Source of the DNA: Candidatus Latescibacterota bacterium
GTDB taxonomy: Bacteria; Latescibacterota; UBA2968
Direction of reading: 5' to 3'
Length of the DNA stretch: 64,000 bases
NCBI GenBank assembly: GCA_965198115.1
Contig: OZ240241.1
Coordinates: forward strand, 5,696,001 to 5,760,000
The translations under genes were made by a program, and so were the position numbers. The notes beneath the pieces were generated by a model. That model saw only the letters and a program-made list of their open reading frames with translations, made no database searches and was not told the DNA's origin. Of this stretch, positions 19,804 through 30,023 are shown one piece after another (positions within the stretch are counted from its first letter, which is position 1; each line of letters starts with the position of its first letter).

Positions 19804-21039
19804 TCAGTGCCCCACCGAGGCCGCTCCCTTTTCGCCGACGAGGTCGAATTCGGCGAAACGGGAAAGCCTGAAGGGGTGGATCAGATCGGGTGTCTTGTTG
19901 GTGGCGATGAGTTCTGCCATGGTCTTGCCGCAGATGGGGGACGCTTTGAAACCGTAGGTGCCCCAGCCGACGTCGAGGAGGAATCCCTCGACGGGTGTGA
20001 ATCCCATGAGCGGGCTGAAGTCGGGTGGCATTTCGCAGAGTCCGGCCCATTGACGGAGGATTCGGACCTTGCTCAGGAAAGGAAAGAGTTCGAGGACGTG
20101 GCCGGCCAGTCCCTCGAGGAAGTCGAGGGAGGAGTTCATCGAATACGATCCGAACGGGTCGACGCTCGCGCCCATGACGAGTTCACCGCGGCTCGACTGG
20201 CTGACGTAGACGTGCAGGCTCCCGGATACGACGACGACGTCGAGAAACGGTTTGAGGGGTTCGGTGACGCACGCCTGTAGAGGCGCTGTGGCGATGGGCA
20301 GTTCGAGCCCGGCCATGGCAGCGATCGTGGATCCCCAACCGGCGGTCGCGTTGAGGACGGTTCTTGCGGCGATGTAGCCACGCGAGGTTTCTACGCCGCG
20401 AACTTTTCCATCGCGAACGTCGATTCCCGTCACCTCGGTCTGCTGGTGAATGTGCACACCACGGCGATCGGCGTGGTTGGCGAAGCCCCAGACGACGGCA
20501 TCGTGACGGATGATGCCGCCCGGTGGATGATACAGGGCGGCCAGAACGGGATAGCGTGGATGCTCGCTCAGGTCGAGCTGGGGACAGATTCGGCTCAGCT
20601 CGTCGGGAAAGACAACGCGGGAATCGACACCCTGGAGCTGGTTGACTTCGGCCCGCCGACGCATCGTTCGAACGGCGCCGTCGGTGTGGGCGAGGGTGAG
20701 GTGGCCACGTTGGCTGAACATGACGTTGAAGTCCAGTTCGATGGCCAGTTGCTCGTAGAGTTTGACGCTCTCGTCGTAGAATCGGACACCTTCGGGTGTC
20801 AGGTAGTTGCTGCGGACGATGGCAGTGTTCCGACCGCTCCCGCCCGATCCGATGTAGCTCTTTTCGAGGATGGCCACATCGGTGATGCCGTGCTCTTTCG
20901 AGAGATAGTGGGCGCACGCAAGGCCGTGGGCGCCACCGCCGATGATGACGACGTCGTAGCCGTGTTTGAGCGGATGGTCGTGCCACATCCGAGGAGGAGG
21001 GCGACTGTCCAGAGCCTGGCGGACGAGCTTGAAGGGCAC
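19804..21039 (-). CDS. mgdA: N-methylglutamate dehydrogenase / sarcosine oxidase beta-like subunit
   Basis: GGGAHG FAD motif, GRNTAIVRSNY, GWGTYGFK, EKGAASVGH. Confidence 0.88.
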   Translation of the reverse strand: MPFKLVRQALDSRPPPRMWHDHPLKHGYDVVIIGGGAHGLACAHYLSKEHGITDVAILEKSYIGSGGSGRNTAIVRSNYLTPEGVRFYDESVKLYEQLAIELDFNVMFSQRGHLTLAHTDGAVRTMRRRAEVNQLQGVDSRVVFPDELSRICPQLDLSEHPRYPVLAALYHPPGGIIRHDAVVWGFANHADRRGVHIHQQTEVTGIDVRDGKVRGVETSRGYIAARTVLNATAGWGSTIAAMAGLELPIATAPLQACVTEPLKPFLDVVVVSGSLHVYVSQSSRGELVMGASVDPFGSYSMNSSLDFLEGLAGHVLELFPFLSKVRILRQWAGLCEMPPDFSPLMGFTPVEGFLLDVGWGTYGFKASPICGKTMAELIATNKTPDLIHPFRLSRFAEFDLVGEKGAASVGH

Positions 21040-22395
21040 CTACTCGCGTTCCTTCCAGCCGGGTCCATCGCCCCACACTCGGTCGGTGCCGGCGAGAGGA
21101 ATGCCGCAGATCATGGAGGCTTCGGCGCTGAGAGCGCGCAGATCTTCGGGCTCGAGGTCGTGGACGTCGGCCTTACCGCAGGCACGAGCGAGGATCTGGA
21201 TTTCGGAGGTCATAGCCTGAAGGAGGTTGGCGACACGTTCGGCACCCTCATCGATGTCGAGGCGCTGCATCAGGTCAGGATCCTGCGTGGTGATGCCGAC
21301 GGGGCACCGGCCGGTGTGGCAGTGGTGACAATGGTAGGGCTCGGTGCCGAGTGCCTGGTAGTCTTCGATGTAGAGAGGTTTATTGCAATTGAGGGCCATG
21401 AGGGCGGCCGTGCCGATGTAGATCGCGTCGGCGCCGAGGGCCATGGCCTTGGCCGCATCGACGCCATTCCGAATGCCGCCGGCGATGATGAGTTTGATTT
21501 CGCCATACATCCCGATGTCTTCGAGCGCCGCCCGAGCTTCGCACACGGCGGCGAGCGTGGGAATGCCCGTGTGTTCCTGGCAGATTTCGGCAGAGGCCCC
21601 CGTTCCGCCCTCCATGCCGTCGACGACGATGACGTCGGCTCCGGCCTTTGCTGCAAGGCGAACGTCGTCGAAGACCCGCGTCGCGCCCATCTTCACGAAG
21701 ATGGGGACCTTCCAGTCGGTCGCCTCACGCAACTCCTCTATCTTGATGATCATGTCGTCCGGGCCGAGGAAGTCAGGATGTCGGGCGGGGGATCGCTGAT
21801 CGACTCCGGTTGGGAGGTCGCGTTGCTGAGCGATGGCATCCAGGACCTTCGCGTCGAGGAGCAAACCGCCGGTACCGGGTTTGGCGCCCTGCCCGAGGGT
21901 CAGCTCGATGCCATCGGCCTGGCGGAGATGATGGATATCGATGCCGTAGCGAGACGGGAGGACTTCATAGATGAGGTGTCGACTGTGTTCCCGTTCTGCC
22001 TCCAACATCCCGCCGTCGCCCGTCGTGTTTGAGGAGCCCACGATGTTGGCGCCTTTGGCGAGCGCAACCTTGGCGTTGTATGAAAGGGCGCCCCAACTCA
22101 TGCCGGTGATCATGATCGGAATCTGGAGCTCGATCGGATTCTCGACGTGCTTTCCACCGAGTACGGTCTCCGTCGAGCAGCGTTCTCGGTAGCCCTCGAG
22201 TGGGATTCGTGTGAGCGAGCAAGGAATGAAGGTCAGGTCGTCGAAGGTCGCCCAGTTTCGCTCCCGGAGGGTGCCGAATCCCCGAATCCGGTAGCGTCCG
22301 AGTTCGGCTTTGACCTGGATGTCCTCGATCGCGGCCGGTGAAAACGTTCCGCTGGTCTGGATCAGCCTGCCATCGTGGGCATCGTGCTCGTTCAT
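21040..22395 (-). CDS. mgsC: N-methylglutamate synthase FMN subunit (GltB2-like)
   Basis: PLEGYRERC, GMSWGALS, GQGAKPG, RHPD, CHHCHTGRCPVGI. Confidence 0.9.
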   Translation of the reverse strand: MNEHDAHDGRLIQTSGTFSPAAIEDIQVKAELGRYRIRGFGTLRERNWATFDDLTFIPCSLTRIPLEGYRERCSTETVLGGKHVENPIELQIPIMITGMSWGALSYNAKVALAKGANIVGSSNTTGDGGMLEAEREHSRHLIYEVLPSRYGIDIHHLRQADGIELTLGQGAKPGTGGLLLDAKVLDAIAQQRDLPTGVDQRSPARHPDFLGPDDMIIKIEELREATDWKVPIFVKMGATRVFDDVRLAAKAGADVIVVDGMEGGTGASAEICQEHTGIPTLAAVCEARAALEDIGMYGEIKLIIAGGIRNGVDAAKAMALGADAIYIGTAALMALNCNKPLYIEDYQALGTEPYHCHHCHTGRCPVGITTQDPDLMQRLDIDEGAERVANLLQAMTSEIQILARACGKADVHDLEPEDLRALSAEASMICGIPLAGTDRVWGDGPGWKERE

Positions 22396-22431
22396 CACTT
22401 ACTCCCGTCCGTCTGTCCCGAAGCCGATGAG

Positions 22432-23127
22432 CTAAATGGCCTCGCGCCAGAGCGCGCGTTCCTTTTTGTCGAAGGTCCACAGCTTGCGCCCGGCGACCAC
22501 TTTCTTGAATCCGTCGAGCCCTTTTTTATTTGAGAGGTGCGTGTTGAGCGTTGTGGCGAGGAACTCCTGGTCTTCTACGTTCGGCTCTTCCACGACCGCG
22601 TCATTACCCAGCTCCTTGATCTCCCCGCCCACAAAGCACACGGTTTCATACATCGAATCGGCAAAGGCCTCACCCGTGTCGCCGCAGATGATCAGCGTAC
22701 CCTGTTGGCCCATGAAGCCGGCCATGTAACCACAGTTCCCTCCGACTACGACGAGCCCTCCCTTTAGAGCAACACCGAGTCTGGCAGCCGCATCTCCACG
22801 GATGACGACGGTTCCGCCACGGATGGCCGCGGCCGCACCATTCCCCGCGTTTCCGTCGACGATGACGTGTCCGCCCTTCATGGATTCAGCGAGTCCCCAT
22901 CCCGCGCTGCCCATAATCTCGACGGTAGGCCCGTCGATCATGCCGGCGCAATAGTATCCGACGCTGCCTTCGAAGCGAAGGTGGGAATCCTGCAGTACTG
23001 CCACGCCCAGGTTGTGACGCGCGCCCGGATCCGTGACAATGATTCTCTTTTCTCCCGTGGTGGAGAGACGTTTGATCTCCGCGTTGATCTCCCTGGTTGT
23101 CTTTCCTTCGCACGCTACCGATGCCAT
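22432..23127 (-). CDS. mgsB: N-methylglutamate synthase GXGXG subunit (GltB3-like)
   Basis: GSVGYYCAGM, GYMAGFM, DSMYE, RKLW. Confidence 0.9.
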   Translation of the reverse strand: MASVACEGKTTREINAEIKRLSTTGEKRIIVTDPGARHNLGVAVLQDSHLRFEGSVGYYCAGMIDGPTVEIMGSAGWGLAESMKGGHVIVDGNAGNGAAAAIRGGTVVIRGDAAARLGVALKGGLVVVGGNCGYMAGFMGQQGTLIICGDTGEAFADSMYETVCFVGGEIKELGNDAVVEEPNVEDQEFLATTLNTHLSNKKGLDGFKKVVAGRKLWTFDKKERALWREAI

Positions 23128-24038
23128 ACCCGGACCTCTCTCGCCCCGGTCTCACGGACTTCGAAGTCTCCTTCCAAAGCGGCACGCATGGCGATCTCTT
23201 CGGTGGCGACGGCGATGAACGAGTCGCTTTCCGACCATAGCAAGGGCTTGAGTGCGAAGGGGTCCCTTGCGTATCCAATCGTGTCGGACGTCGCGGCGAG
23301 GTAGCTAAATGAGCCATCGAGATCGACGAGCGAAGCTTCCATCGCCTCGCGGAGATCGGATCCCTTGCTGAGGCGCTCTCCGAGGTAGATGCCGATAACC
23401 TCGGAGTCGTTGTCCGTGTAGAATCGGACACCCCTTTGCTCGTAAATCCGACGGAGGATGTGGTAGTTGGTGATGTGTCCGTTGTGAACGATGGAGAGGT
23501 CGGGGCAACCGTGACCCCAGAACGGCTGGGAATGGCTCAAATCGATTTTGGATTCTGTGGACAGTCGGGTGTGGCCGAGTCCGTGAGTGCCCTTGAAGTC
23601 GGAAATGCTGTAGGTGGCGTTCAGGTTCCGGGGTGATCCGACCTGTTTGACGATTTCTAAAGAGCGCCCCATGCTCACGACTTCGACGTCGTGATGCGCT
23701 GCTTCGACGCGTCTTTCGAGATCTGCCGGGTCTTCGGGATCATCGACGACGAGTCTCAGATATTCGGCTGTTGATTTCTTCTGGCGCACCTTCGAGGTGG
23801 GGTGTACGCAGTCGCTGATCGCGTTTTCGATTGCTTCGTATTCTGCTTCATTTTCGGACCCACGATGGTCGCCGAGTTTGATCTGAAGCACCATCGCTCC
23901 AGGCGAAGGATCGCCATAGAGGGCCACCCCTGCCGAATCCGGTCCTCGGTCGTCCAGGGCCGTTAACATGCGGAGCACGGTGTCCCCCAAGCCTTCCAGC
24001 CGGCCATTTTTCCCCATCCATCCCACGATGCCGCACAT
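23115..24038 (-). CDS. mgsA: N-methylglutamate synthase amidotransferase subunit (GltB1-like, class II GATase)
   Basis: MCGIVG, RGPDSAGVALY, GHTRLSTES, HNG, NDSEV. Confidence 0.9.
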   Translation of the reverse strand: MCGIVGWMGKNGRLEGLGDTVLRMLTALDDRGPDSAGVALYGDPSPGAMVLQIKLGDHRGSENEAEYEAIENAISDCVHPTSKVRQKKSTAEYLRLVVDDPEDPADLERRVEAAHHDVEVVSMGRSLEIVKQVGSPRNLNATYSISDFKGTHGLGHTRLSTESKIDLSHSQPFWGHGCPDLSIVHNGHITNYHILRRIYEQRGVRFYTDNDSEVIGIYLGERLSKGSDLREAMEASLVDLDGSFSYLAATSDTIGYARDPFALKPLLWSESDSFIAVATEEIAMRAALEGDFEVRETGAREVRVWHR

Positions 24039-24150
24039 GCGCTCGCTCCCGGTTTAAATCGAGACAACCCCGTGAACCGGTCGGATCCACGGGGGCACAC
24101 AACTAAAGATCACTATGACGGAATCGCAAGGCTCTTGCAGTGCCGTTTGG

Positions 24151-24367
24151 AGCGCCAAGCGCGCCACCCTTAGTCCAGGTCATCCGCCCTGGGTCCAGTG
24201 GATGCGATCAAGTTGCGCGGCCTGAAGGGCCGTGATGTTTTGCGACAATATTCGAGTGCTGAACGCGATAAAGCTTGTCGCGGACCGTTGGCCCGCCTAT
24301 TTAGCCCCTCCCAACCGTCCCAGCCCGTTGGGCTGGGCTAGGATATCGCGGGCCTTTGGCCCGCAGA
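24151..24367. repeat. REPIN family E (uninterrupted copy)
   Basis: agcgccaa..ttag.ccagg..ccctggg..cggcctgaagggccgtgat...cccagcccgttgggctgggct; homologous to 31252-31276 plus 32539-32717. Confidence 0.75.
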
Positions 24368-24372
24368 CTTGA

Positions 24373-24855
24373 TTAAGGCAGGTCGATCCACCCTTTCACG
24401 TCGCAGCTGAAACGGTCCCCGAGGCCCGTGCAGTCGAAACTGCTGCCTCCCTTCATCCCTTTGAATCGGCCAGTGCCGTTGTAGTAGACGGCAGTCCCGA
24501 CGCCCTTTCCGCCCCCCGCCTTGCTCGTCCATTCCTCGAAGTAAGACGACCCATCCGAGAAGGTGAACTTGCCGTAGCCGTGTTCGTCACCGGTTCTGTC
24601 GTTTTTGTAGTTGCCGGTGCCCCAGATTTCGATCGTGTAGGGCGGTTCGTCTGGGCCCACGATTCGCCTACCGGCCCCGCTTGCCCGGATGATGGCGATG
24701 AATCGGCCGGCATCATCGTCGACGAGCATTGTATCGAAACGGGATACGACGTTGATGTGGGTCGACTGGAATTCGATTTTCTCGCCTGCGAAAACATCGG
24801 GTCCTCCAAGGATCAACAAGGCGGCAACTCCAATAGAGATCAGCACATTTCTCAC
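24373..24855 (-). CDS. Secreted hypothetical beta-rich protein
   Basis: Signal-peptide-like MRNVLISIGVAALLILGG; GTGRFKGMKG motif reminiscent of dirigent/AOC-like barrels. Confidence 0.6.
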   Translation of the reverse strand: MRNVLISIGVAALLILGGPDVFAGEKIEFQSTHINVVSRFDTMLVDDDAGRFIAIIRASGAGRRIVGPDEPPYTIEIWGTGNYKNDRTGDEHGYGKFTFSDGSSYFEEWTSKAGGGKGVGTAVYYNGTGRFKGMKGGSSFDCTGLGDRFSCDVKGWIDLP

Positions 24856-24927
24856 GTTGGGCCTCCTTCCCGTGTGTTTGTGGATGTGTTGTGGTGCTCG
24901 TGCTTTCGAGTATGTGCCACCGATCGT

Positions 24928-25006
24928 CCTTCGATACAACCTGCTTGGTGTTTGACCACAGCTCAGCATCACTCGTTTTGGCGATGAGGTCACTCAGGAT
25001 GAACGG
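24928..25006. repeat. Repeat family D (CTTCGATACAACCTG-N~40-GATRAGGTCACTCWGGRTGA)
   Basis: Also at 34765-34844 and 58264-58342. Confidence 0.75.
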
Positions 25007-25037
25007 TCGCCCAATGTGTGGCTGGCATTGCGATTAC

Positions 25038-26807
25038 TCACCAGCCTAACATGAACGATTCACGTCGGGGATCCGCGCCTCCGCGATAGGCAGCCGAATC
25101 GGGATCGACCACGATCGGGGCAAAACCGTTTGTGATGCCCCACGGGCCCACATCTTCAACCACGTGGCCGCGATCCTGGAGTCGGTCGATGACTTCCCTA
25201 GAGATGCGTCCTTCTACGGCCAGTCGGTTGGGAGCCATTGCGTGAGGCCAGGGCGACTGGGGGAAGCTGTGGCTGCAGAATCGAGGTGCGGCGACCGCAT
25301 CCTGAACGTCGAGACCGAAATCGATGAGGTTGTTGAAGACTTGAAGACAGCTCTGCGTCTGGCTGTCCCCGCCAGGTGTTCCGAGGGTCATAAAGGGCTG
25401 GCCGTCCTTCAGAACCAGAAAGGTGCAAGGTGTGGTCCGAGGTCGTTTCCGTGGCGCGAGGGCATTCGGGTTGTCCGGGTCCAGCCAGAAGTAGCATCCG
25501 CGACAGTTGATCAGGATACCCGTGTCGCCCAGGATCATGCCCTGGAGCAGACCGGCATAGGTGCTCGGCGTAGCGGCAACGAGATTGCCCTGTTCGTCGG
25601 CCGTGGCAAGATGCGTGGTCCCCTCCTGTTCGTGTCTTGAATTGGGTGAGGATGAGACGCTCCCTGAAGGCTCGTGCGGCAGTGCCCCTCGCACGCCGAT
25701 CGGATCGCCGGGAGGATAGTTGCCCTGGGCGGTTTCCTCGTCCAAAACCTCCCGCCGTGCAGCTGCGTACTCCGTGGACAACAGACCGTCGACGGGTACG
25801 TCGACGTGTGCGGGATCCCCGGCGTAGCGCTCTCGATCCGCGAAGGCGAGTTTCAGTGCCTCGACCTGGTGGTGGATGGCTTCGGGGGAGTTATGGCCGA
25901 GGGCTGCGATATCGTAGCCCTCGAGAATCTTCAGGGCTTGCAGGAGTACGATGCCCTGCGTCCACGTGCGGTTCGTGAAGATTTCGTATCCACGGTAGGT
26001 CGTCGAGATCGGTTCTTCGAGGGGGGACGTATAGTCCGCGAAGTCTTCCATCTCGTAGAGCCCGCCGAGATCCCTCAGAGCCGTCACCATCTTTTCTCCG
26101 ATTTCGCCCTTGTAGAAGACATTCCGGGCGGCTTGGATTCCAGCAGCTCTCGACGATCCGCGTTTGAGTTCGCTCTCCTCGGCCTGTGCCATCAGCGAAA
26201 GGGTTCGAGCCAAGTCGGGCTGCTTGAATAGGGCTCCGAGTGTGGGGGGTTCACCGTCTGGGTGGAATACCCGAGCTGAATCGGGGTGGTTCCTGACGTT
26301 GGCCACTCGCTCCGGTGTCGACAGGGCGCGGCAGAAGAGTTGGTAGGCGGGAAACCCTTCCCTGGCGAGAGAGCAGGCATCGGTGGCGACTCGGGTGAAA
26401 CTCATCGTGCCGTATTCTGCGAGCATCGTGAGCAGGGCGGAGATGACTCCGGGGACCGTTGTGCTGTGAACGCCCGGAGGGATTTCACCCCAGTTGTCCT
26501 TGTAAAGTTCGATCGTTGCTGCCTGAGACGACCACCCCTGGCCGACGACGGATCTGACTTTCCCTGTCGCGGCTTCGTAACAAAGCATGGCGACCTCACC
26601 GCCCAGCGTGTAGTGTGCGGTCGGCTCCAACACGCCGGCTGCGAGAGCTGAAGCGACCGCTGCATCGACGACGTTCCCGCCCCCATGGAGAACGCGCATC
26701 CCCGCCTGCGCTGTCAGCTGGGTTCCCGCACCGACCATGCCGTGTCTTCCCCAGACGATGGGGCGATGGGCGAACGGGCCGTGACTTCCAGGCGGGTAAG
26801 GATTCAT
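25038..26807 (-). CDS. ggt: Gamma-glutamyltransferase family protein
   Basis: GGNVVDAAVA, TVPG, LAFADR, TTH autocleavage Thr, PRKRPRTT, GTPGGD, GGADPRRE. Confidence 0.9.
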   Translation of the reverse strand: MNPYPPGSHGPFAHRPIVWGRHGMVGAGTQLTAQAGMRVLHGGGNVVDAAVASALAAGVLEPTAHYTLGGEVAMLCYEAATGKVRSVVGQGWSSQAATIELYKDNWGEIPPGVHSTTVPGVISALLTMLAEYGTMSFTRVATDACSLAREGFPAYQLFCRALSTPERVANVRNHPDSARVFHPDGEPPTLGALFKQPDLARTLSLMAQAEESELKRGSSRAAGIQAARNVFYKGEIGEKMVTALRDLGGLYEMEDFADYTSPLEEPISTTYRGYEIFTNRTWTQGIVLLQALKILEGYDIAALGHNSPEAIHHQVEALKLAFADRERYAGDPAHVDVPVDGLLSTEYAAARREVLDEETAQGNYPPGDPIGVRGALPHEPSGSVSSSPNSRHEQEGTTHLATADEQGNLVAATPSTYAGLLQGMILGDTGILINCRGCYFWLDPDNPNALAPRKRPRTTPCTFLVLKDGQPFMTLGTPGGDSQTQSCLQVFNNLIDFGLDVQDAVAAPRFCSHSFPQSPWPHAMAPNRLAVEGRISREVIDRLQDRGHVVEDVGPWGITNGFAPIVVDPDSAAYRGGADPRRESFMLGW

Positions 26808-26838
26808 TCTATTGGGTTCCTCACGCGAGCACTCGTTC

Positions 26839-28542
26839 TCACCAGAGATAGACGAAGAGCAAGTAGCAGGCTGCGATCACATACAAGCTGGCCAGGACTC
26901 CCGGACGTTTGTGGAGAGGCAAGCCTCTCTCAGGCACGTCGAATGGATACTCAGGTCTGACTGGCGATTGGTTCAGCGTCTTCTGAAGCCACGTGCCCTC
27001 GAGTACTTGGAGGCGAGAACTCATGAGCTCTCGGACGTCGGGTTTGTCGTGACGCTTGTAGATGAGGCCGGAAATCTCCTCATCGGTGGCCGGGCCACGC
27101 CACTGGTCGATGACTTTCGAGGCAATCAACATGCTCATGGCTGGCAGAATCAGATTCCAGAGATAGGCCCACCACGTGTTCGTGTACCATACGGGCAAGG
27201 ACCAGTCGTTGAAGTCCGCGAGAATGGCCGAGAGACCGTAACCCAGCCCCACGACAAGACCGATCACACCCGTTGCACGGTGCACACGCGTGAACACCCC
27301 CATGAGAATTACGGTCATCAGGGGGACGGCAATGGCGCCGGCAAGCCTCAGGTAAAAGAGAAGCATGCCCTTTTGGAGGAAAGGGACATACGCAAACCCA
27401 AGGGCGATAATGAAGGGAACGGAGATGCGTCCCACCAGTGTGTAGTGTTCGTCGGACGCATTCTTGACGATGAATCGAGCGTAGATGTCGCGTACGAACA
27501 GACTCGATATGCCGATTCCGACCGAGTCAAAGGTAGAGTAGCCCCCTGCGATCAGACCGGCGAGCACGAGACCGACCAATCCAGGCGGGAGGTATTTCCG
27601 GACCATCAACGGATAGGCCTGGTCGCTGAACTCGAGGGTTGGGAAGTCGGCGTGCGCGAGGGGGCCGAGGCTGACGTTGAACCAGAGACAGATTGCCGTG
27701 GCCGCACTGGCGACGAGGGCGGCCATCTTGAAGTCCCATTCCGACCGGGCACCGAGAAACCGGATTGCCTCGTATTGATTGATGACGGCATAGGTCGTCA
27801 GGACGACGACAAAGCCGAGAGCGACAAGGACGGGATGCACACCGCTGGGAGCGTATCCTCCGACTCGAAGGAGCGTTCCTGGCAGAGTGGGATCGATCCC
27901 GGCGAGCTTGTCGGTCAGACCCATCCACCCACCCGCGTTTGACCACACGACGCCCCACAGTACGAACGAGGCAACGATCATGGCTACGGCCTGAAGGGCA
28001 TCCGTGAAGACGCCCGCTCTGAGTCCACCTCTGACAATGTAGAGTACGGCGGTGAAAGCCATGGCCACGACGATCGGCCAAGCCCATCGTGCTTCAATGT
28101 CCGCAACCAGATTGAGAACGAGGAACACGGAGTAGAAGATGTTGCCGAGGACGTTGGTTCGAGACTGGATGTTGATGAGAACGGCGACGAACCGGGCAGC
28201 TGGACCAAATCTGAATTCGAGCCACTCCGCGTTCGTGAAGACGCCCGTGCGATACATCGGCACGATGACGAAGAAACTGAGGACGAACCAGCCGACGGAG
28301 ATGCCGAGCCACCACTGGGTCAGCTGTGATAGGCCGAGGTCATAGGCGCCACCCACGATGGCGACGTAGTCTCCACTGTCGACGGCTGTTCCGAAGGCTG
28401 ACAGACCGACGGCCCACCACGGCATGGATTTGGCAGCCAGATACCAGTCGAAGCTCTCCTGTTTCTTGCCGAAACGGGTGAGACCGTAGAGGACGATGCC
28501 ACCGTTGATCACGAGGATGACCAGCCAATCGATGAGCGACAT
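26839..28542 (-). CDS. Sodium:solute symporter (SSS) family transporter
   Basis: Multiple TM segments, MPWWAVGLS, GGLRAGVFTDALQ, GLVLAGLIA. Confidence 0.9.
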   Translation of the reverse strand: MSLIDWLVILVINGGIVLYGLTRFGKKQESFDWYLAAKSMPWWAVGLSAFGTAVDSGDYVAIVGGAYDLGLSQLTQWWLGISVGWFVLSFFVIVPMYRTGVFTNAEWLEFRFGPAARFVAVLINIQSRTNVLGNIFYSVFLVLNLVADIEARWAWPIVVAMAFTAVLYIVRGGLRAGVFTDALQAVAMIVASFVLWGVVWSNAGGWMGLTDKLAGIDPTLPGTLLRVGGYAPSGVHPVLVALGFVVVLTTYAVINQYEAIRFLGARSEWDFKMAALVASAATAICLWFNVSLGPLAHADFPTLEFSDQAYPLMVRKYLPPGLVGLVLAGLIAGGYSTFDSVGIGISSLFVRDIYARFIVKNASDEHYTLVGRISVPFIIALGFAYVPFLQKGMLLFYLRLAGAIAVPLMTVILMGVFTRVHRATGVIGLVVGLGYGLSAILADFNDWSLPVWYTNTWWAYLWNLILPAMSMLIASKVIDQWRGPATDEEISGLIYKRHDKPDVRELMSSRLQVLEGTWLQKTLNQSPVRPEYPFDVPERGLPLHKRPGVLASLYVIAACYLLFVYLW

Positions 28543-28884
28543 AGGGAGGCAATAAACGAAAAGCAGCCACTGCGGACACGGAGAACGCGGAGGGGCTTGG
28601 AGTAGCGTCCTGACTTTGTGGCCCTACCGGGAACAGAAGATAGATGGATCGGAGCTGCGGTTCCTGGCACCACTCCTGCACCTTAGGCTACGGGTGTCCA
28701 GGGAGCTGGGGGTGGAAGCCTTCTCCGGCGAGTAAGCATATGAACGGCGTTGTGTGATTTTTCCGACTTCTGACGACTGACCACTGCGGGCTGAAGGCCG
28801 CTCTGTGTGATCGGTGGTTCCCTCCTTATCATGTGCCTCAGTGACCTCAGTATTCTCAGTGGCGCATCTGTTTTTGGGGGTTCC

Positions 28885-29793
28885 ATGCGACAGGTCTACA
28901 TTTCAGGGAAGATGGTTCCGGAGGATGAGGCGAAGATTTCGATCTTCGATACAGCAGTGACGCTGGGCGATACGGTGACGGAGTCGACTCGGACCTTCAA
29001 GCACATCCCGTTCAAGCTGGACCAGCATATCCGCAGACTTTACAAGTCCTTGAAGGTGACCAGGATCGATCCGGGTTGTGATCCGGATATGATGAAGCAG
29101 ATCACGATGGACGTGGTCGATGCCAATCTCCCGCTGTATGGCGAGGGCGAAGATCTGTGGATCGTTCACAACGTCTCGCGCGGTGTTTCGATGCCGGGAC
29201 CCGATCCGACGGTTCAATCAGGGGGCGCCACCGTGATGATTCACACGTTGCCGATGGACTTGCGGGGCTGGGCTCGCTTCTATGAAGAGGGGTGTCACGC
29301 GGTGACGTCGATGAGCCGCATCATCCCGTCGCAGTCGTTGGACGCTCGCGTGAAGAACCGTAGCCGTATGGCGTATACGCTGGCTGAGATGGAGGTGAAG
29401 CTGGTCGATCCTGAGGCGCAGGGTGTCATTCTGGACATCGACGGGAACGTGGCGGAGAACAAGGGTGGGAATATTTTCGCTGTGACGGACGGTGTCGTGC
29501 GAACGCCACCTGCGCAGAACAGTCTGGCGGGGGTCAGCCGGGAAACCGCGTTGGAGCTAGCCGAGAAAGTGGGTATTCCCACGCAACAGACCGATCTGCA
29601 ACCCTATGATCTCTACACGGCCGAGGAGCTTTTCTTCACCAGCACCCCCTACTGCATTATGCCGGCGACGAAGTTCAATGGGCTCCCAGTGGGAGACGGT
29701 CAGGTGGGGACGATCACGAAGCAGATCCTGGCGGCGTGGAGCGAGCTAGTGGGGATGGACATTGTGAAACAGGGGATGAAGCAACTGAATTGA
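28885..29793 (+). CDS. Aminotransferase class IV (branched-chain/D-amino-acid type)
   Basis: AKISIFD, GDTVTESTR, H..RL, RVKNRSR (PLP Lys), E..GGNIF, LAGVSR, ELFFTST. Confidence 0.88.
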   Translation: MRQVYISGKMVPEDEAKISIFDTAVTLGDTVTESTRTFKHIPFKLDQHIRRLYKSLKVTRIDPGCDPDMMKQITMDVVDANLPLYGEGEDLWIVHNVSRGVSMPGPDPTVQSGGATVMIHTLPMDLRGWARFYEEGCHAVTSMSRIIPSQSLDARVKNRSRMAYTLAEMEVKLVDPEAQGVILDIDGNVAENKGGNIFAVTDGVVRTPPAQNSLAGVSRETALELAEKVGIPTQQTDLQPYDLYTAEELFFTSTPYCIMPATKFNGLPVGDGQVGTITKQILAAWSELVGMDIVKQGMKQLN

Positions 29794-29887
29794 GGATCGA
29801 GAAGCGAGAATCGAATATTGGCACTTTGAACCGGGATGCATTTTCGCTGACGTGAACCGTCCAACAGTGGACACGCGAATAACTGAG

Positions 29888-29998
29888 TGTCACCCCGGTA
29901 CGCTTCTTGGCCGGGGCCCATTTTTCCGGCACGATGTTTCTCGCAAGAAGGACCAACAGCATAGAATGGATCCCGGCCTGAGGACCGCCGGGATGACA
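29888..29998 (+). repeat. REPIN family A
   Basis: tgtcaccccggtacgcttcttggccgggg...gatcccggcctgaggaccgccgggatgaca. Confidence 0.85.
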
Positions 29999-30023
29999 AC
30001 CTTCTTTTCGCCGAGATATTGTC

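Noticed and set aside
24131-24146. Possible sigma54 promoter upstream of mgsA (CGGCAC..GAGC on minus)
   Set aside because: GG-N10-GC spacing holds but the TTGC element is absent; too weak to call
29795-30023. Glycine or ZMP riboswitch upstream of glyA
   Set aside because: The structure is explained by a family A REPIN; no riboswitch consensus recognised
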